64,000 nt of DNA from an uncultured Gemmatimonadaceae bacterium. Its GTDB lineage: Bacteria; Gemmatimonadota; Gemmatimonadetes; Gemmatimonadales; Gemmatimonadaceae. The notes below the pieces were generated by a model. It was not told the DNA's origin and made no database searches. It saw nothing but the letters and a program-made list of their open reading frames with translations. This document shows, piece after piece, positions 59,841-64,000 of this stretch; the first letter of the stretch is position 1; every line of letters starts with the position of its first letter. The stretch lies in contig CAVVTZ010000009.1 of NCBI GenBank assembly GCA_963751275.1, positions 128,001 to 192,000 on the forward strand, given 5' to 3'. Position numbers and translations under genes: made by a program.

Positions 59841-61655
59841 ATGACCAATACTATATTTCGGGCCGCTGCGGCGGCCGGGCTGCTCGGGGCCGGTGTGCTC
59901 CAGGCCCAGGGGACGTTCCGCGGGAACGACGTGCATGCGGGGGCCTATCCGGCGGGCACCAAGGGGGAACTCGGCGGCATCGCGTGGCGATTCCCCACCG
60001 GCGGCGAGGTCATCGCGTCACCGGTGATCGTAGGCGGTGTCCTCTATATCGGCAGCGGGAGCGGCGTCATGTACGCGCTCGATGCCGCCACCGGCAAGCA
60101 GCGATGGGGCGCGGACCTCGCGAGCCCCATCAGCGCCACGGCGGCGCTGAGCGGCGGCCGGGTGTTCGTGGGCACGCGCGATGGCCGCTTCTACGCACTG
60201 GACGCCGCCACCGGCAAGCGCATCTGGCGCTTCGAGACCGGGCTGGCGCTGCCGCTCCACTGGGGGCACGAGAGCGGCGACTACTGGACCTCGTCGCCCA
60301 CGGTGTCCGGGGGCACGGTCGTCTTCGGCGCCAGCGATGGCAGCGTGTATGCGGTGAGCGCCGCCACCGGCAAGCAGCTCTGGCGCAATTTGACCGAGGG
60401 GCGCGTGCACTCGTCCGCGGCGATCGACGGCGACAACGTCGTCATCGGTTCGTTCGACGGCACGGTGCGCTGCTATTCCCTCGCCACCGGCAAGGAGCGC
60501 TGGAAGTTCGCCACACTCGGCACCACGCTCGAGTCCGCGAACTACGGCTATGACCGGCGATCCATCCAATCATCGCCCGCGATCGTGAATGGCGTGGCCG
60601 TGGTCGGCGCGCGCGATGGGTTCATCTACGCGATCGACGTCGCCACCGGGAAGGAGAAGTGGCACTACGACCACAAGATCTCGTGGATCAACGCATCGGC
60701 CGCAGCGAGCGGCGGGATGCTGTACGATGCCAGCTCCGACGCGCAGTTCGTGCAGGAACTCGACGCTGCCACCGGCACGGAGAAGTGGCGCTATACCGCC
60801 GACGCGCCGGTGTGGAGCTCTCCCGCGGTGAGCGGCGACGTCGTGTACGTGGGCGATTTCGTGGGCCGCCTGCACGCGATCTCGCGCGCCGATGGCAAAC
60901 GGCAGTGGCTCCTCCGCACCGGCTCGATGATCCTGAGCTCGCCCGTGCCCTTCGGCGATCTCGTCATCGTCGGCAGCACCGACGGCGCCGTGTATGCGGC
61001 GCGGACGTCGGACGTTCCGGTGCAGCGCGCGGTCTTCTTCGACAGCGCCTATCTCAAGGCATCGCGCACCGAGGACGCGGGCAAGACCGCGACCTATTTC
61101 TCGCGGCGCGGCTACACGCAGTTCGGCGCCGCCGCCCTCAAGGACTGGATGGAGGCGCGCATCGCCGACAAGGCGCCGAGCACCGTGGTGTTCGCGATCG
61201 AGTTCGTGCCGGAAGCGATCGCGTCCAAGCCGTACGCGTCGAGCACGCTGCGGCGCTATCTCGACAGCGGCGGCAAGGTGGTGTGGCTCGGCCTGCCGCC
61301 GGCGATCTGGCCGCGCGACAGCACGGGCGCGCCCGTGCCGAGTCTGCTCGCCCTCGACTGGAAGGGATCCGGCGAACTGCTCGGCGTGAACGTGGACGCC
61401 GCCATCTTCGATCCGCGCGGCGTGCGCGCCACGTCCGCGGGTATCGCGTGGGGGCTCGTGCCAGGGCACTATCGCGATGCGTGGAGCGTGGATCCCAAGG
61501 GCGTGACGCAGGTGCTCGCGACCGACGAATGGGGGCTGGCCGCGGCGTGGGTGAAGAATTACGGCGGCCCGCCCGGCACGGGATTCGTCCGCGTGCCGGG
61601 GGCCGATCCGTTCGTGATGTACCTCGCGGCGGAGTACCGGCCGGGAGGGCCGTAG
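59841..61655 (+). CDS. Secreted PQQ-like (BamB-type) beta-propeller repeat protein with an extra C-terminal alpha/beta domain
   Basis: Signal peptide; about nine repeats of SSP..G.V..G..DG..YA.DAATGK..W. Confidence 0.88.
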   Translation: MTNTIFRAAAAAGLLGAGVLQAQGTFRGNDVHAGAYPAGTKGELGGIAWRFPTGGEVIASPVIVGGVLYIGSGSGVMYALDAATGKQRWGADLASPISATAALSGGRVFVGTRDGRFYALDAATGKRIWRFETGLALPLHWGHESGDYWTSSPTVSGGTVVFGASDGSVYAVSAATGKQLWRNLTEGRVHSSAAIDGDNVVIGSFDGTVRCYSLATGKERWKFATLGTTLESANYGYDRRSIQSSPAIVNGVAVVGARDGFIYAIDVATGKEKWHYDHKISWINASAAASGGMLYDASSDAQFVQELDAATGTEKWRYTADAPVWSSPAVSGDVVYVGDFVGRLHAISRADGKRQWLLRTGSMILSSPVPFGDLVIVGSTDGAVYAARTSDVPVQRAVFFDSAYLKASRTEDAGKTATYFSRRGYTQFGAAALKDWMEARIADKAPSTVVFAIEFVPEAIASKPYASSTLRRYLDSGGKVVWLGLPPAIWPRDSTGAPVPSLLALDWKGSGELLGVNVDAAIFDPRGVRATSAGIAWGLVPGHYRDAWSVDPKGVTQVLATDEWGLAAAWVKNYGGPPGTGFVRVPGADPFVMYLAAEYRPGGP

Positions 61656-61659
61656 CCGG

Positions 61660-62667
61660 TCAGTACTGCGCCATCGCCGGCGGCGTCGGCCGGCTGAGCT
61701 TGATCATGTAGCCGCCCACCGGCGGGGCCTGGAGCGTGATCACGTATTGCTCCACGCCATTCACCACGCGGCCGGCGGGCTCGCCGCTGGTGCGGCTCGC
61801 CGCGCCCAGCCCCGCGCTCGGCGCGGCTGGGACGAACGCCCCGTCGCCGATCTCCATCGTGAGCAGGAGCTTGGGAGCGCCGGACGGCGTCGCGCCGTAC
61901 CACTTGATCACGCTCCCCGACAGATCCTCGCCCGACGTGGCCGCGGCCATGAGCGGTGTGCTCTCGGTGTCCGGCTTCTTCGTGAACACCACCTTGCTGA
62001 ACGTCGGCTTGCCGCCGCCGGCGGCCGGCGCCGTGACCTCGAACTGCACGCTCGAGAGCTCGATCCCCTGCATGGGGCCGCGCGCGTGCGGATCGAACGC
62101 ACCGGCCTTCTTTCCCTTGATCATGTCGCCCCGAATGCCCAGCGCGACGTTCGACGGGGAGCCGCTGGTCTTCACGAATGTCGGGAACGCCGTGGTCTGC
62201 GCGACACCGGGCGCGACGGTCATCGCGGGCGCGCTGACGGTCGTGATCGTCACGTCCATTTGGTAGGCCGATCCGGCACTGGTATTGAACGTAATGTTGG
62301 TGATCTTCGCCAACGCCGCGTTCACCGTATACGCGAGCATCACCTGGCCGTGCTGGTCATGGTGATAGAACGTGAACTTCGGCGTGACCGTCTCATTCGT
62401 GACCATCGCGTTGAGGATCTGCGGCAATGCGAACATTGACATCTTCACCGTGAACGCGGTCGGCGCGGCGCCGAGGGTCGCCGGCGCGGCGCTGAACGAA
62501 TCGAGCTCCATCTCCTTTAGATGATTCGCCTGGGTGGCGTCACCGCCGATCGTGCCTTGCCGCTGCCCCTTGAGGGTCATGAACGCTTCCTGTTGCGCGG
62601 GCGCGGCGGCCGCGAGGGCGGCAGTCATGAGTGCCGCCAACAGGGGAATACGGTGGGACAAGGTCAT
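61660..62667 (-). CDS. Secreted protein with two tandem Hcp/TssD-like (T6SS tube) domains
   Basis: Signal peptide ending APA-QQ. Domain 1: AFMTLKGQRQGTIGG...LPQILNAMVTNE...FTFY...G....YTV....AKI. Domain 2: IKGKKAG...IELSSVQF...FTKKPDTESTPLMAAATSGEDL....IKWY. Confidence 0.7.
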   Translation of the reverse strand: MTLSHRIPLLAALMTAALAAAAPAQQEAFMTLKGQRQGTIGGDATQANHLKEMELDSFSAAPATLGAAPTAFTVKMSMFALPQILNAMVTNETVTPKFTFYHHDQHGQVMLAYTVNAALAKITNITFNTSAGSAYQMDVTITTVSAPAMTVAPGVAQTTAFPTFVKTSGSPSNVALGIRGDMIKGKKAGAFDPHARGPMQGIELSSVQFEVTAPAAGGGKPTFSKVVFTKKPDTESTPLMAAATSGEDLSGSVIKWYGATPSGAPKLLLTMEIGDGAFVPAAPSAGLGAASRTSGEPAGRVVNGVEQYVITLQAPPVGGYMIKLSRPTPPAMAQY

Positions 62668-62870
62668 CGTCGCTCCATCGAGGTTCGGGTTCGTGTTGGC
62701 CGGATCGCGCTGTCCCGGCGCATGGTCGGCGGCTAGCTTGCACACGCGGGAGCGCGACTTCAAGGTCCGGCGGGCCGGTTACGGACCGGGCCTCTGCGAT
62801 GTGACGGAACGGCCCGTTCGCCGCGAGATCCACGGTGCCGCGAGCGTGCCTCCCGCCGGAGGGCAGCCTG

Positions 62871-63281
62871 ATGCCGGATCCCGTGATGATCGTAGCGTCC
62901 TGGTCGCTGTTCGCGATCGTGTTCGCGTTCGCGGCGTGGCGCGCGTTGCGATGGCGCGGCGGCTGGGCACTCTGCGCGACCATCGTGCTCTTCGCGCTCA
63001 TCTCCGCCTCGGTCGCGAGCCTCCGCGCCCATTTGCGGTGGACCGCCGCCGGCATCCCGATCGCTGAACACCAGCATCAGCTGCTTTTCGCCAGCACCGC
63101 CATCCTCGGCGCGTTCGGATGCACCGGCTCGGCGCTCGTGCTCTGGCGGCAGCGGTCGCACGCCGCCGAGCCGCTCGGCGCGCATCGCACGGCATCGAGC
63201 GTGGCGGGTTTCGTCGCCGGGCTGATCGTATTCGCCGCGATCATCCTTGTCACCGACGTCGGGCGCATGGTGCGGCTCTAG
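62871..63281 (+). CDS. Hypothetical membrane protein (about 4 TM helices)
   Basis: RBS ggagg before ATG 62871; four hydrophobic segments. Confidence 0.65.
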   Translation: MPDPVMIVASWSLFAIVFAFAAWRALRWRGGWALCATIVLFALISASVASLRAHLRWTAAGIPIAEHQHQLLFASTAILGAFGCTGSALVLWRQRSHAAEPLGAHRTASSVAGFVAGLIVFAAIILVTDVGRMVRL

Positions 63282-63354
63282 CGCCACAGTAGACGCGGCC
63301 AGCGTCTTGCTGCAGGTTCATCCGGTGGGCCAACGCTGATCCGAGGATGCATGC

Positions 63355-63450
63355 ATGGATGCCGGTGAGAAGAAGATCCACAAGAAGATCGTGTTCGGCG
63401 GCGTGATCATCCTCATCGCGATGGCGGCGTGGATCCTGCTGCTCATGTGA
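63355..63450 (+). CDS. Small single-TM membrane protein, 31 aa (MDAGEKKIHKKIVFGGVIILIAMAAWILLLM)
   Basis: Below the ORF-track cutoff. RBS gagga; nearly all codons end in G/C; basic N-terminus then a TM helix; ends 4 nt before the next gene. Confidence 0.6.
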   Translation: MDAGEKKIHKKIVFGGVIILIAMAAWILLLM

Positions 63451-63454
63451 CCGC

Positions 63455-63913
63455 ATGATCGCCGCCTCCCCCGCCAAGCAGCTCGCCGGCTTCATCGACA
63501 AGTATGATCCCGCGGTCGCCAAACTCGCGCGCTCGCTGCGCGCCGCGATGCGCAAGCGCCTGCCCACCGCCAACGAGCTGGTCTACGACAACTACCAGTT
63601 CCTCGCGATCGGCTACTCGTCCACCGAGAAGGCCTCGGACACGATCGTCTCGCTCGCCGTGTCGCCCAAGGGCGTGGCCCTCTGCTTCTACTACGGCGCG
63701 AAGCTGCCGGACCCGGCCAAGCTCCTCTATGGCGGCGGCAACCAGGTGCGCTTTGCGCGTCTCGACAGCGCGGCGTCGCTCGCCAAGCCGGCGCTGGTAT
63801 CGCTGATCCGCGTCGCCGCGGAGTGGGGGAAAGTTCCGCTCCCAAGAGGCTCGAAGGGCAAGCTGATCATCAAGTCGATCTCCGCCAAACAGCGGCCCCG
63901 CCGGAAGACCTGA
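63455..63913 (+). CDS. DUF1801-like (YdhG-type) protein
   Basis: RKRLPTANELVYDNY, L.FYYGAKLPDPAKLLYGGGNQVR pattern. Confidence 0.75.
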   Translation: MIAASPAKQLAGFIDKYDPAVAKLARSLRAAMRKRLPTANELVYDNYQFLAIGYSSTEKASDTIVSLAVSPKGVALCFYYGAKLPDPAKLLYGGGNQVRFARLDSAASLAKPALVSLIRVAAEWGKVPLPRGSKGKLIIKSISAKQRPRRKT

Positions 63914-64000
63914 TCGCCGGCCGCGGGGATCTCCCCGCGCCCTGTCCGCCATTCGCTGACACCGTACGGGTTCCCCGCGCCGAGCTTTCGGGAAGTTCGC

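Noticed and set aside
63922..63939. Hairpin CGCGGGGATCTCCCCGCG after the last gene as an intrinsic terminator
   Set aside because: Very short loop and no U-tract; cannot be supported.

Overview
High-GC bacterial chromosomal window. Gene content (EF-G2-like paralogue, many ADOP/MacB-type permeases, V/A-type ATPase) suggests a Gemmatimonadota- or Acidobacteriota-like organism, but that is inference only. In order, the window holds: a minus-strand alpha-glucan trio (GH57, GT4, GH15); a pentose-phosphate/glucose operon (phosphatase, tal, ROK kinase, pgi, gnd, zwf, pgl, GH63-like glucosidase, cydAB, rpiB, tkt); a four-helix-bundle (23S-IVP/Avd-like) gene; two beta-barrel paralogues; an EF-G paralogue; a serine hydrolase; a complete V/A-type ATP synthase operon; an MFP + 2 ABC ATPases + 7 ADOP permeases cluster with an NtrC/histidine kinase pair and sigma-54 promoter motifs; dacB; a PQQ-type beta-propeller; a secreted tandem Hcp-like protein; and small genes. 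About 12 apparent single-base frameshifts are most likely assembly errors. The most unusual signal is a repeat system: fold-back palindromes whose stems are built from 7-mer or 9-mer tandem arrays. One of them encloses the four-helix-bundle gene. Related heptamer arrays also sit in-frame inside ntpA, ntpB, ntpE and two permeases, and the flanking DNA shows altered codon usage and strand skew. No rRNA, tRNA, CRISPR, transposase, integrase or reverse transcriptase was recognised.
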